From: an uncultured delta proteobacterium
GTDB taxonomy: Bacteria; Desulfobacterota; Syntrophorhabdia; Syntrophorhabdales; WCHB1-27
Direction: 5' to 3'
DNA: 64,000 nucleotides
Assembly: GCA_963825005.1 (NCBI GenBank)
Contig: CAWGRP010000019.1
Location: 239,742 to 303,741 of the forward strand
The position numbers were made by a program, and so were the translations under genes. How positions within the stretch are numbered: position 1 is the stretch's first letter; the number at the start of each line of letters is the position of its first letter. The notes under the pieces are model-generated. The model was not told where the DNA came from. It made no database searches and saw nothing but the letters and a program-made list of their open reading frames with translations. This document shows, piece by piece, positions 54,643 to 63,911 of the stretch.

Positions 54643-55398
54643 TTACTGCTTACTGTCCATTCCTCGCCGGTTCTCAGTTACAAATGCTTCAATCGCACGA
54701 TTCACCGGGGCCGGCTTTTCGATCATGAGAAGGTGTCCCGCATCAGGAATCCGCACAAGCTTTGAGTCCGGTATCTCGGCGTGAAGGAACTCCGAGTATT
54801 TGGGCGGCGTAAGGAGATCGTCCCCTCCACGCAGAATTAAGGTAGGTACGGTGATTCTCCCGACCCTGTCCATGACGTTGAACTGTTCGCAACTGGAAAA
54901 GTCTCTGTGAATCACCTCTTTCCTGCACTTCATCATCTCGTTGAAGCCGGACTCTGTGACGGATGCATCTGTCTTCCCGGAAAAGGCCAGCTCCGCTATC
55001 TTGCGAACCGTGCCCTCCTTGTCTCTGAGCAAGCCCTGCAATATCTCGGGGAAGACGCGCAGCTTGGCCCCCGTGCCCAGGAGAACCAATCCTTCCAGAA
55101 GCTCAGGATAGGTGAGCGCAAAGAGCATGGCGATTGCCCCGCCCATCGAGTGTCCCACCAGGTAGAACCTGTCAAGCCCCAGGCTCGTCAGGGCCTCATG
55201 CACGGCGTCTGTGCACTCCTCGAGCCGCTCGAAGCCGTCTCCCGAAGACTTTCCGTGGCCGGGCAGGTCAAGAAGGATCACCTCCATGAACCGGGTCAGG
55301 TACTCCTTCTGGAAATACCATGATAAAGAGCTTCCGCTGGCGCCGTGTATGAAGACCGCCGGCTTTCCCGCACCGTACCGCTCCACGTGCAGGTCCAT
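54643..55398 (-). CDS. Alpha/beta-fold hydrolase
   Basis: Nucleophile elbow LVGHSMGGAIAM, HG oxyanion motif VFIHGASGS, and C-terminal ..DAGHLLMIEKP. ATG 55398 follows GGAGGAG. Confidence 0.85.
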   Translation of the reverse strand: MDLHVERYGAGKPAVFIHGASGSSLSWYFQKEYLTRFMEVILLDLPGHGKSSGDGFERLEECTDAVHEALTSLGLDRFYLVGHSMGGAIAMLFALTYPELLEGLVLLGTGAKLRVFPEILQGLLRDKEGTVRKIAELAFSGKTDASVTESGFNEMMKCRKEVIHRDFSSCEQFNVMDRVGRITVPTLILRGGDDLLTPPKYSEFLHAEIPDSKLVRIPDAGHLLMIEKPAPVNRAIEAFVTENRRGMDSKQ

Positions 55399-55454
55399 AG
55401 CTCCTCCCGCACAAATATATTGAAAAGGCTGGATATGCATAATAGTATGATAGT

Positions 55455-55726
55455 ATGCGGTTTTTTGCAACGATAGCAATAGTTATCTTCCTCGCAGGAT
55501 GCACGGGTCCGGCGGATGTCACCCCCGCGAAGAAAGTCGATGATGAGTGCGGAAGGATGCGACGTATCAAAAGGAGATGGACGAGGTAAGGCAATCGATC
55601 AAGTCAGAGGTAAAGATCAAATTGAAGAAGGACGGAAAGGGTACCTACAGCTGGGAGATACAGGGTAAAGACCCGCAGGAAATCCTGAAAGCAAACGAAG
55701 CCCTCCGCAAGAAACTCGGCGACTGA
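55455..55726 (+). CDS. Possible small lipoprotein, split over two frames
   Basis: MRFFATIAIVIFLAGCTGPADVTPAKKVDDE.. (lipobox LAGC), then in another frame ..KDATYQKEMDEVRQSIKSEVKIKLKKDGKGTYSWEIQGKDPQEILKANEALRKKLGD*. Neither piece reaches the ORF-track length cutoff. Confidence 0.35.
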
Positions 55727-56029
55727 TACCAACTAAAACCAGACGCGCTCCGCACAGAGGCGAAGAAGGCTTTCTGAAAGGATCATCCCAAATGCCGTTG
55801 AGGATGCCCTGCGGGCGTGCATGAGCTTGAGGTGCAGTGACTGGATACCGGGGCTTCGCTGCTCGGTGTTGAGCGAAGTAGCTAAGCAGGAAGTCATTCT
55901 CGTTGTTCGTGGCAGCGCCGTCACGGGACACCTATCACCGGCAGTGGGGTAGGGTGCCGGGGGATTCCAGGGAGCGAACGGGAAAAGGCAGCCAGTGGGC
56001 AATGCACAGGCGCACCATAAGATGGAACG

Positions 56030-56407
56030 AGTGTTGAGGCCGCTCTCAGGGCAAGGGACCTCGTGAAGCAGATCCTCGATTTCAGGAAGAGCGAAGCGGA
56101 ACGAAAAGAGATCAGATTTCTGATGGTCAAAGAAAACCTACGTGCTGCTAGGTCATCTTTGCCGACGATCCAGATGAACCTGGTCACGAGCGTGATAGGA
56201 TGCTGGCGAGATGGCGCGGGGTATGCTTGAAAGGGTTGAACGGAAGCCTGGAATTTGTTTTTGAAGAGCTTGGGTTTGATCGTGTGAGACCGTATCAGCC
56301 GAAACGGCAAAAGAGGCTGGTATTTCTGCCTTTGTCATGAACCTGTCGTGAGGAAGGAATTGGCCGAGACGGTGCGGAGGTTATTGGACGGGAAAGGCGG
56401 AGCTTGA
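56030..56407 (+). pseudogene. Remnant of a hybrid sensor kinase: a DHp-proximal fragment joined to a receiver C-terminal tail
   Basis: ..[43 protein letters not shown].. parallels [46 protein letters not shown] of the intact kinase downstream. It then reads ..EAGISAFVMN / (K)PVVRKELAETVRRLLDGKGGA* with a frame break. The HATPase domain and most of the REC domain are missing. Confidence 0.5.
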
Positions 56408-56623
56408 CCTCCAGTTAGCGCTTCCCGGCGGGGGAGGGTTAAGGAGGGGGTGATGTCGCGGTATTGACAATGGCTGTCCACGACCCGATATTGTCTTGAG
56501 AGCTATACACGAGATCTTGAACTCGGTGCGGCAGTGAAAGGATGGTAATTCATTTCTTTACAGTTCCTTGCCGTTCTGCTAGGCTCTGCTAGTATTTCTA
56601 ACAATTTCCCGAAGGGGTGATCG

Positions 56624-58681
56624 TTGCCGAATCGGCGATCCAGACACGGAAAACCGGTTTCCGAAAAAGAGATTCCGGGGGGGGTCTTTCCCCCTTATTC
56701 AACGAATGAAGGGGATGACCAGATCGAGGATTTGAAGGCTCTTCTCAAAGAGCGGACCGATACGCTCCGTGAACTGTTCGACACGCTAAAGACGTGCAGG
56801 GAAGAACACTCCGAAATCCTCGAAGCCATGCCGCTCGCCTTTCTCTCCCTGGACGAAAGCCTGCACGTGCTTTCCTGTAACAGGACCGCCGAGCAATTTC
56901 TGGGCGCGACGCAGGAAGAACTCGTGGGCAAGAAACTCTGGCCGTCGCATCAGAAGGAGCAAGCCGATGCAGTCTTCAAAAGAAAGTATAGCGAGGCGCT
57001 TTCAGAGAACAAATCAGTCTCGTTTCAAGCCTTCTCCTCAGTCGCCGGCAGATGGCTGGATGCGTACGCCCATCCGTTAGACAGCGGTGGGCTCTTTGTC
57101 TATCTTCGGGATATCACGAAGGAGAAGACGTTCGAACTGATGTCCGCTAAACTCTGGAAGGAGTACCGGTCGCTCGCCGACAACGCACCGGACGTGATCT
57201 CCCGCTTCAACGAAGCGCTTCAGTGTACCTTCGCGAACAAAGAGTTCCAGCGCTTTATGGGCATCGATCAGGATAAATGCATCGGAAAGAGCCACGAGCA
57301 ATTAGGGATGCCCAGCCACACGGCTGAGCGGCTCGATGCCGCGATGAAAGAAGCGTTCAGAACGAGGAACGTGGTGTCGGTTGATTTCGAGATCGCCACG
57401 AAGGAAGGCAGAAAATACTTCTCGTGGAGAGCGGCGCCGGAGATCGACGTCAGCGGGCACGTCACATCCGTTCTCGTCATTGCCACGGATGTCACGCGGC
57501 AAAGAGAGCAGGAAGCGACGCGCCTGAAGCTCGCGGCGGCGATCCAGGCTGCGCAAGAAGGGATCGCGCTGGTGGAGCCGGACGGCGCATTGACGTATGC
57601 GAACAGCGCTTTTTACGCGATAACGGGATATGAGCAGGCCGAATTGGAGGGGAAAAGGATCGGCGATCTTGCGGATCAGAGCCCTGACTCCTCCCTGATG
57701 CGTTCCATCTTTGAGTCGGTCGCCGCGGGTAAGACCCGGTCAGGCCGCATGACCACGCGATGCAGGGAAGACGCGGAGTTCCAGTGCGACTTGCGGGTGT
57801 CACCCGTCGAAGACGCGTCAGGGCGCGTGACGGAATGCGTCGTCCTCGTGCGGGATGTTACCCGCGAAGCGCAACTCGAGCAGCAGCTCCGGGAATCGCA
57901 GCGGCTCGAGGCCGTAGGCACGTTATCCGGCGGCATAGCCCATGACTTCAACAACCTCCTTGCCGTTATCATCGGCAACATAGAGCTGGCCCTCGACGAG
58001 ATACCGCAAGAATCTACCGCGTCCCGCAACTTGAAGCGCGTCTTCACCGCGGCGATACGCGGACGCGATCTCGTCAAACAGATACTCGCCTTCAGCCGCA
58101 AATCGGCACAACACGCGAAGCCCATCAGTCTTACGCCACTCGTGAAAGAGACGGCAAAGCTCCTGCGCAGCACTATCAGTACCACCATCGAGATACGACT
58201 CGATCTGGAGGTCGAGGATGCTATCGTGACGGCAGACCCCGCGCAGATGCAGCAGGTGCTTCTGAACCTCACAACGAACGCAGCCCAGGCGATGGCCGCC
58301 GAGGGAGGGGTAATGACGATTGCGCTGCGCGAGATCATGCTTGATACGCAGAATCTGCTCCCCGATCCTGATCTGCGTCCCGGCGATTATCTCGTTCTGT
58401 CAGTCACCGACACAGGCGACGGGATGGACGACGCGGTCAAGAAGAAGATCTTCGAACCCTTCTTTACGACCAAGGGCGTCGGAAAGGGCTCGGGCCTCGG
58501 GCTTTCCGTAGTTTACGGCATCGCCAAGTCTCATGAAGGAACGGTTACAGTGGCGAGCACAAAGGGGAAGGGCTCTACGTTCAGGGTCTTCCTTCCTAAA
58601 GGGCCGAAGGGTGCCCGGGGAGCCGATACAACAGGGGCCGCACCCTTCCGTCGGCAACGGCAGGATACTCGCCGTCGATGA
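56624..58681 (+). CDS. PAS-domain sensor histidine kinase; kinase part of a hybrid HK whose receiver is in the next frame
   Basis: At least three PAS-like segments, the H-box [11 protein letters not shown], the N-box [12 protein letters not shown], and G-boxes DTGDGMD...[24 protein letters not shown]. Confidence 0.85.
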   Translation: MPNRRSRHGKPVSEKEIPGGVFPPYSTNEGDDQIEDLKALLKERTDTLRELFDTLKTCREEHSEILEAMPLAFLSLDESLHVLSCNRTAEQFLGATQEELVGKKLWPSHQKEQADAVFKRKYSEALSENKSVSFQAFSSVAGRWLDAYAHPLDSGGLFVYLRDITKEKTFELMSAKLWKEYRSLADNAPDVISRFNEALQCTFANKEFQRFMGIDQDKCIGKSHEQLGMPSHTAERLDAAMKEAFRTRNVVSVDFEIATKEGRKYFSWRAAPEIDVSGHVTSVLVIATDVTRQREQEATRLKLAAAIQAAQEGIALVEPDGALTYANSAFYAITGYEQAELEGKRIGDLADQSPDSSLMRSIFESVAAGKTRSGRMTTRCREDAEFQCDLRVSPVEDASGRVTECVVLVRDVTREAQLEQQLRESQRLEAVGTLSGGIAHDFNNLLAVIIGNIELALDEIPQESTASRNLKRVFTAAIRGRDLVKQILAFSRKSAQHAKPISLTPLVKETAKLLRSTISTTIEIRLDLEVEDAIVTADPAQMQQVLLNLTTNAAQAMAAEGGVMTIALREIMLDTQNLLPDPDLRPGDYLVLSVTDTGDGMDDAVKKKIFEPFFTTKGVGKGSGLGLSVVYGIAKSHEGTVTVASTKGKGSTFRVFLPKGPKGARGADTTGAAPFRRQRQDTRRR

Positions 58682-59117
58682 TGAAGAAGCCCGTTGCTTC
58701 CATGGTGCAGGGTCGCTCTCCCGGCTGGGCTACGAGGTGCACACGGAGACAGACCCTGAGGCGGCGCTGGAGCTTTTCACGCGCGACCCGGCCCGATTCG
58801 ACCTTGTGATCACGGACCAGGCGATGCCCCGTATGTCGGGCGTTACCCTTGCCCGGCGCGTACTTGCGGTGCGGCCGGAGATCCCCATACTGCTCTGCAC
58901 GGGTTACAGCGCGACTGTCGATGAGGATATCGCGAGAACGGAGGGTATCAAGGGTTTCCTGATGAAGCCCCTCACGCGCGAACAGATGGCCGTCATGGTG
59001 AAGAAGACACTCGCAAAGGGCGGACGACGGACGACGGAGACGACGGATGACGGACGCGAGGACCGATGGACGATGAGGACCGATGGACGATGGACGACCG
59101 GTCGCTCCGCTCCCTAG
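58533..59117 (+). CDS. Response-regulator receiver domain. The real part begins at about 58655 and is probably fused to the preceding kinase.
   Basis: [32 protein letters not shown] and GFLMKPL. The C-terminal tail GGRRTTETTDDGREDRW.. is translated word-repeat DNA. Confidence 0.7.
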   Translation: MKERLQWRAQRGRALRSGSSFLKGRRVPGEPIQQGPHPSVGNGRILAVDDEEARCFHGAGSLSRLGYEVHTETDPEAALELFTRDPARFDLVITDQAMPRMSGVTLARRVLAVRPEIPILLCTGYSATVDEDIARTEGIKGFLMKPLTREQMAVMVKKTLAKGGRRTTETTDDGREDRWTMRTDGRWTTGRSAP

Positions 59118-59264
59118 GACGATGGACGCGAAAAACGAATGACGAGGGACGAAAAAGCTTTTGCGTCCTAGTCCCGCGAGGCGGGACGATCTCCTAGCGG
59201 AGCGGTCGTCCTAGCGCAAGCGATCGTCCGAGCGAAGCGGTCAGAAAAAAAAAGGGAGAATGAG

Positions 59265-59695
59265 ATGAAAGAGGAAACAAACCAGAAAAGCCCGACCGCA
59301 CCACCTTTCCGGTCGTCGGCATCGGCTCGTCCGCGGGCGGCGTCGAGGCCCTCCAGGGAGTCTTTTCCACTCTTTCTCCCAAGTTGAAGGCGGCATTCCT
59401 CCTTGTCCAGCACCTCCAGCCCGATCGACCGAGCATGCTCGTCGATATCCTCTCGATGGTCACGAAAATGCCTGTCTTGGAGGCGAAAGAGGGAACACAG
59501 ATCGAAGCCGGCCACGCGTACCTGATCCCGCCGGGTAAGTTCCTTTCCCTCCAACAAGGAGCACTCAGTTTAACTTCCCCCGCTGCCGACGGCGTGCGTA
59601 TGCCGATTGACTTCCTCTTTCGCTCTTTGGCAAAGAAAAGGGCGAAGCGTCCATTGGCATCGTTCTTTCAGGTTCCGGCTCCGACGGTACCATAG
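59265..59695 (+). CDS. CheB-type methylesterase domain of a CheB-CheR-PAS fusion (frameshifted near 59300-59310 and 59631-59640)
   Basis: ATG 59265 follows AAGGGAGA (MKEETNQKSP..). The next frame reads FPVVGIGSSAGGVEALQGVFSTL......LLVQHL.P...S.L..IL...T.MPV.EA..G..I..GHAYLIPPG. Confidence 0.75.
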
Positions 59696-59766
59696 GCCTG
59701 CGTGAGATACACGGCGCGGGGGGCATCACCATCGTCCAGGAGCCATCCTCCGCCCAGTACGCACAG

Positions 59767-60165
59767 ATGCCGGAGAGCGCGATCAGCACGGGCATAGCCG
59801 ATCATGTCGTACCTCCCGGAAGGATAGGGGAACTCCTCGAACGGTACGTTCAGGACCTCCCCATGGCCCAACCCGAGGTGACTGCGGAGGATGTCGAGCC
59901 CGTGATGTCCCGGGTGTTCGCGGCTCTCAAGAGATCCACGGGACAGGACTTTTCATTCTACAAGATGAACACCGTCATGCGCAGGGTTCGCCGCCGGATG
60001 AACGTGCTTGATATCCGCGAGCCGCAGCAGTACCTGACCTATCTCGGCGAGCACCATCAGGAGGCAGCTCTTCTCTTCAGGGAACTCCTTATCAGGGTGA
60101 CGAGCTTTTTCAGGGACCCGGCGTTTACCAGGCGCTCGAAGAGGAGATTCTTCCGAAGCTGCTGA
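59767..60165 (+). CDS. End of the CheB domain and start of the CheR (all-alpha N-terminal) domain of the same fusion
   Basis: This frame is open from about 59634: ..IGIVLSGSGSDGTIGLREIHGAGGITIVQEP.SAQYAQMPESAI, then ..TGQDFSFYKMNTVMRRVRRRM.......YL.YL..........ELLIRVTSFFRDP. Confidence 0.75.
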   Translation: MPESAISTGIADHVVPPGRIGELLERYVQDLPMAQPEVTAEDVEPVMSRVFAALKRSTGQDFSFYKMNTVMRRVRRRMNVLDIREPQQYLTYLGEHHQEAALLFRELLIRVTSFFRDPAFTRRSKRRFFRSC

Positions 60166-60291
60166 TGAAGCGGCAGGATGAGGATGTGATCCGGGTCTGG
60201 GTGGCGGGCTGCTCGACCGGGAGGAGGCCTATTCCCTCGCGATGCTGCTCGACGAGTTCAACCGCGGTCACGGAAACACTTTACCATCCAG

Positions 60292-62160
60292 ATGTTCGCG
60301 ACCGACCTCGACGAACCCTCGGTGGAGCAGGCCGGCACCGGCTTCTATCCCCTGGATATCTCGGCGGACGTAAACGACGAGCGGCTGCATCGGTTCTTCA
60401 CGGCCGAAGATAAAGGTTACAGGATAAAGAAGGAGCTGCGGGAAAAGATTGTCTTCGCCGTGCAGAACGTGCTCAAGGATCCGCCCTTTACCAAGCTCGA
60501 CCTCGTCTCCTGCCGGAACCTTATGATCTATCTCCGGACGGAGGCTCAAAAGAGACTGATCGAAACGTTCCACTACAGTCTTAACCCGGGAGGGATCCTG
60601 TTCCTTGGCTCATCCGAGACGATAGGGAACCGGAACGATCTCTTTGAGGTGGGCGGACGTAAGTGGAAATTCTGCGAAGCGAAACCGAGGCAAGGGTATC
60701 CCGTCTTTCAGACGGATACCGCGACCGGTGCATACCGGCGCCGCGCCCCGGTACCCATTGAGGGGCAGCAGAAGGAGTTCACGGCGAAAGAGGCGGCCAG
60801 GAACGAGATCCTCGATTATTTCTCCCCTCCGTGCGTCGTGGTCGATGAGGTAGGAAGCATCGTTTACATCCACGGGCAGACGGTGCGCTTTCTCGAACCG
60901 GCTCCCGGCGGCCCCCGCTTCAACATATACGACATGGCGAAGAAGGGGGTACGGACCGGACTCCACGCAGTCCTCCACAGGGCCATTGCTCAGAAAGCGG
61001 AAGCCGTATCGCCCGACATTGCGATCAACATGGAAGGCGGGCGCGTCGGGCTCAGGATGAGGGCAAAACCGCTGTCCGGCGTTGAAGGCCTTTTTATAGT
61101 CGTTTTCGAAGAGGTGAGCCTGCCGAAAGAGAAAGCCGCGGGCGGGAAAGCGGGACGTCCGGGCGATGACAAACGGGCGGCCGAGCTGGAAGAGGAACTG
61201 CGGCGCACCAGGGAAGACTTCCAGACCGCCATAGAGGAGTTGCAGACGGCAATCGAAGAGCAGAAGTCGACGAGCGAAGAGCTCCAGTCGTCCAATGAAG
61301 AGCTCCAGTCCACCAACGAGGAGCTTGAGACGTCCAAAGAAGAGCTGCAATCGATCAACGAAGAGCTGGTGACGGTCAACGCGGAACTCGAAGAGAAGGT
61401 CCGGCAACTGGCCCGCGCGGAATCCGACATAAAGAACCTTCTCGACAGCGTGAACGTGGGGGCAATCTTCGTCGATACCGAATTGAGGATCAGGAGCTAC
61501 ACCGCGGACATCAAGACAGTCGCCAATCTCCTTCCATCGGATGTCGGCCGCCCGGTCCGGGACATCGCGACCACCCTGCTCGATGCCGATTTTACGGAAG
61601 ACGCACGGAAGGTGCTCGACACACTGCAGGCCAGGGAGAAAGACGTCCAGGCTGAGACCGGCGAATGGTACCTGATGCGGGTCAGGCCCTACAGAACGAA
61701 TGAAAACGTGATCGGCGGCGTCGTCATCACCTTTAACAACGTCACGACAATCAAAAAGGCCTCAGAAGAGGCAGCCTCGAAAGAAAGGGTTAAAGTGGCT
61801 CGCGATTTCGCTCAGGCCACAGTTGACACGGTGAAGCAGCCGCTCCTCACCCTTTCGGAAGACCTGCGGATCGTTACTGCCAACCGCTCGTTCTACCGGC
61901 TTCTGGGCGTGGACGATCGTACGGCGGAAGGCAAGCTCATCTATGAGATAGCAGGCATCCAGCTCAATATGCCGGAATTGCGGCGCCTCCTGGAGCAGGT
62001 TCTTCCCAAAGACTCGTTTATCGAGAACTATGCGCTAACCTACAATCTTCCGGGCGGGCAGCAAAAGAAACTCTTGCTGAATGCGCGCGCCGTGGTGACC
62101 TCCGAAGGCGCGAAGCTCCCCTTCATCCTCATCGGCATAGAGGAAGCGGAGAGCAAGTAA
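60292..62160 (+). CDS. CheR SAM-methyltransferase domain, NEELQS coiled coil and two PAS domains (3' part of the fusion)
   Basis: ..MFATDLDE.....A..G.YP, FAVQNVLKDPPFTKLDLVSCRNLMIYL, ILFLGSSE, and EELQSSNEELQSTNEELETSKEELQSINEEL. Confidence 0.85.
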   Translation: MFATDLDEPSVEQAGTGFYPLDISADVNDERLHRFFTAEDKGYRIKKELREKIVFAVQNVLKDPPFTKLDLVSCRNLMIYLRTEAQKRLIETFHYSLNPGGILFLGSSETIGNRNDLFEVGGRKWKFCEAKPRQGYPVFQTDTATGAYRRRAPVPIEGQQKEFTAKEAARNEILDYFSPPCVVVDEVGSIVYIHGQTVRFLEPAPGGPRFNIYDMAKKGVRTGLHAVLHRAIAQKAEAVSPDIAINMEGGRVGLRMRAKPLSGVEGLFIVVFEEVSLPKEKAAGGKAGRPGDDKRAAELEEELRRTREDFQTAIEELQTAIEEQKSTSEELQSSNEELQSTNEELETSKEELQSINEELVTVNAELEEKVRQLARAESDIKNLLDSVNVGAIFVDTELRIRSYTADIKTVANLLPSDVGRPVRDIATTLLDADFTEDARKVLDTLQAREKDVQAETGEWYLMRVRPYRTNENVIGGVVITFNNVTTIKKASEEAASKERVKVARDFAQATVDTVKQPLLTLSEDLRIVTANRSFYRLLGVDDRTAEGKLIYEIAGIQLNMPELRRLLEQVLPKDSFIENYALTYNLPGGQQKKLLLNARAVVTSEGAKLPFILIGIEEAESK

Positions 62161-62175
62161 GCAAAGACTTCTCCA

Positions 62176-62355
62176 TTGGCAAAAGAGGCAATCAGCCAGT
62201 ATCTCGACCGGGAAGAAGCGATAGAGCGCTTTAAACAGGAAACCCTCGGTCGATGGGAACAGTATCGCCAAACCGGCAAGAGCGTCCCGAATGATGTTGT
62301 GATGGACTGGCTTGACTCCTGGGGAACCGATAAAGAGTCTAAGCCGCCTGTATGA
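62176..62355 (+). pseudogene. C-terminal remnant of a CopG/RHH-type antitoxin; the N-terminal ribbon-helix part is missing
   Basis: ..AKEAISQYLDREEAIERFKQETLGRWEQYRQTGKSVPNDVVMDWLDSWGTDKESKPPV*. The tail is homologous to that of antitoxin 63046..63321. There is no ATG (only TTG 62176). Its stop overlaps the toxin ATG (ATGA). Confidence 0.5.
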
Positions 62356-62666
62356 AAAATCGAGTGGCTGCCCGAGTAGCTATTTACAGATCTGCCAACC
62401 GACTGAGAGAATTCAATAGGCTCTCTTCCATGAAATCTCATAACAGGGAGGCTGCTAGTAACAAGGTTATCAAAAGCTCGGTGAAGATGTTGACGCGCTA
62501 TGAATATGTCGGCAAACCAGCAGAAGATCTGCCGGGCTACTATGACCTGGTGATTCCCTTCGGTGTGTCGGGCTACGTGCTCCGCTACAGGGTCGAAGAA
62601 GGCATTCTATATATTGTTGCCGTAAAGCATGGCAAAGAAGCCGGATTCCCGGACGAAGGCCGATGA
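62352..62666 (+). CDS. RelE/ParE-family toxin with a disrupted N-terminus
   Basis: ..RLREF......VKMLTRYEYVGKPAEDLPGYYDLVIPFGVSGYVLRYRVEEGILYIVAVKHGKEAGF. The family-typical start KIEWLPE is readable only in another frame and runs into TAG 62377-62379. Confidence 0.65.
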   Translation: MKNRVAARVAIYRSANRLREFNRLSSMKSHNREAASNKVIKSSVKMLTRYEYVGKPAEDLPGYYDLVIPFGVSGYVLRYRVEEGILYIVAVKHGKEAGFPDEGR

Positions 62667-62728
62667 AGTAGCAAACCTGCCTCAACAAGAACGCGAACAG
62701 AGAAAACCCTCGTGGAACAGTCAATTGA

Positions 62729-63049
62729 CTATCCTACTACCGAAGGTGGTAAGGGAAGGCTGAGCGTTCGATTACCGATCCTCCTTTGTATGCCAAAGAC
62801 GCAACACATAGATGGTGGACCCTTGGATCTCGTAGCGTATCTCGAATGATTTACGAGCAGCCGGCGAATCTCACGTGGCTCGAATTCGTTGAGTTTTTCT
62901 CCAATACGCGGATATTCCTTGAGACGGGTAGGGGCGGCAGCCAGCGACTGCACAATGCCGGCGGCGGCTTGCTTGCTTACGGGAGCCAGGAATTCGTAGA
63001 GGCGCGCCAAATCAGAAAGCGCCTTGCTCGTCCACTTTAGTCGCATCAT
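62729..63049 (-). CDS. RelE/ParE-family toxin, frameshifted near 62845-62851. The authentic end ..EIRYEIQGSTIYVLRLWHTKEDR* stops at 62772.
   Basis: MMRLKWTSKALSDLARLYEFLAPVSKQAAAGIVQSL......LKEYPRIGEKL..FEPREIRRLLVNH, then the conserved C-terminus appears in the adjacent frame. Confidence 0.7.
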   Translation of the reverse strand: MMRLKWTSKALSDLARLYEFLAPVSKQAAAGIVQSLAAAPTRLKEYPRIGEKLNEFEPREIRRLLVNHSRYATRSKGPPSMCCVFGIQRRIGNRTLSLPLPPSVVG

Positions 63050-63321
63050 TGTGGCAGCGGCAGCGGCTTTTCCGTGCTAAGACTTTCCGCCCACTCTTGC
63101 ACAGCCTCGTGAGCAATAACGCGGCCGGCATCAACATCGCCCATTGCTTCTAGTGTCATGCGTTGGCGCTCCTCTTCCTGCTCTATCCATGCGGTCAACG
63201 CTTGCTTAACAATCCAGCCACGAGAACGCTCTCGGCGAGTCGCCAACTGGTCTATCTTCTCGGCCAACGGTAATGGTATGTGTGCAGTGAGTACTTTAGT
63301 CGTCATGGATAACCTCCTCAC
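63046..63321 (-). CDS. CopG/ribbon-helix-helix antitoxin
   Basis: MTTKVLTAHIPLPLAEKIDQLATRRERSRGWIVKQALTAWIEQEEE.. The probable start is ATG 63306. Its stop overlaps the toxin start (ATGA). Confidence 0.8.
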   Translation of the reverse strand: MRRLSMTTKVLTAHIPLPLAEKIDQLATRRERSRGWIVKQALTAWIEQEEERQRMTLEAMGDVDAGRVIAHEAVQEWAESLSTEKPLPLPQ

Positions 63322-63464
63322 AATCGTTATTAATCATAACGATTAATTATGATTAAGTAAAACACTTTTCTTCGTCCGTTGTAACATTTCAATCCGTAGC
63401 TCTCGCTTTTCATACAGGCAGGACCCTATCTTGACCTTTCTGTAATCCCACTGTAATATAATGG

Positions 63465-63911
63465 GTGACAATGACATTCACAAGGAGACAACCCATGGGT
63501 GCTGTTCAAAAGAGTCTCCGTCTTCCTGAGGAGACCGTAAAAGAAATCGAAAAGCTTGCCGAAGAACGGGGAGAGGATTTTTCCGCAACGGCAAAACATC
63601 TGCTGGAAGAAGCCATTAAAACGAGGAGATGTCCCGGCATCATTTTCGCCCCTGGCGTGTCTGGCCGCCGGGCCCGGGTGGCTGGCACGGGTATCGAGGT
63701 ATGGGAGATTATCGTTCAGTACCAGAGCTTGAATCGTGATCAGAAACGGCTCCAGCAAGCCTTCCATTGGCTCACACCCGGGCAGATCAAAGCAGCGCTC
63801 GGCTACTATGCCGTCTATCCGGCTGAAATTAACGCACTCATAGCGCGCAACGAGCAGTGGACGGAAGAGACCCTGGAAAAGCGCTACCCAGCCTTGAGCC
63901 CGAGGATATGA
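63465..63911 (+). CDS. DUF433-like antitoxin with an N-terminal RHH-like segment
   Basis: ..CPGIIFAPGVSGRRARVAGTGIEVWEIIVQYQSL......L...F.WLTPGQIKAALGYY. The probable start is ATG 63495. Confidence 0.7.
   Translation: MTMTFTRRQPMGAVQKSLRLPEETVKEIEKLAEERGEDFSATAKHLLEEAIKTRRCPGIIFAPGVSGRRARVAGTGIEVWEIIVQYQSLNRDQKRLQQAFHWLTPGQIKAALGYYAVYPAEINALIARNEQWTEETLEKRYPALSPRI

Noticed and set aside
59030-59117. An unusual Thr/Asp/Arg/Gly-rich C-terminal tail of the receiver ORF (GGRRTTETTDDGREDRWTMRTDGRWTTGRSAP) as a possible functional low-complexity domain.
   Set aside because: The underlying DNA is the GACGA/GGACG word-repeat element that continues into the intergenic region. The tail most likely results from a lost stop or a frame error.
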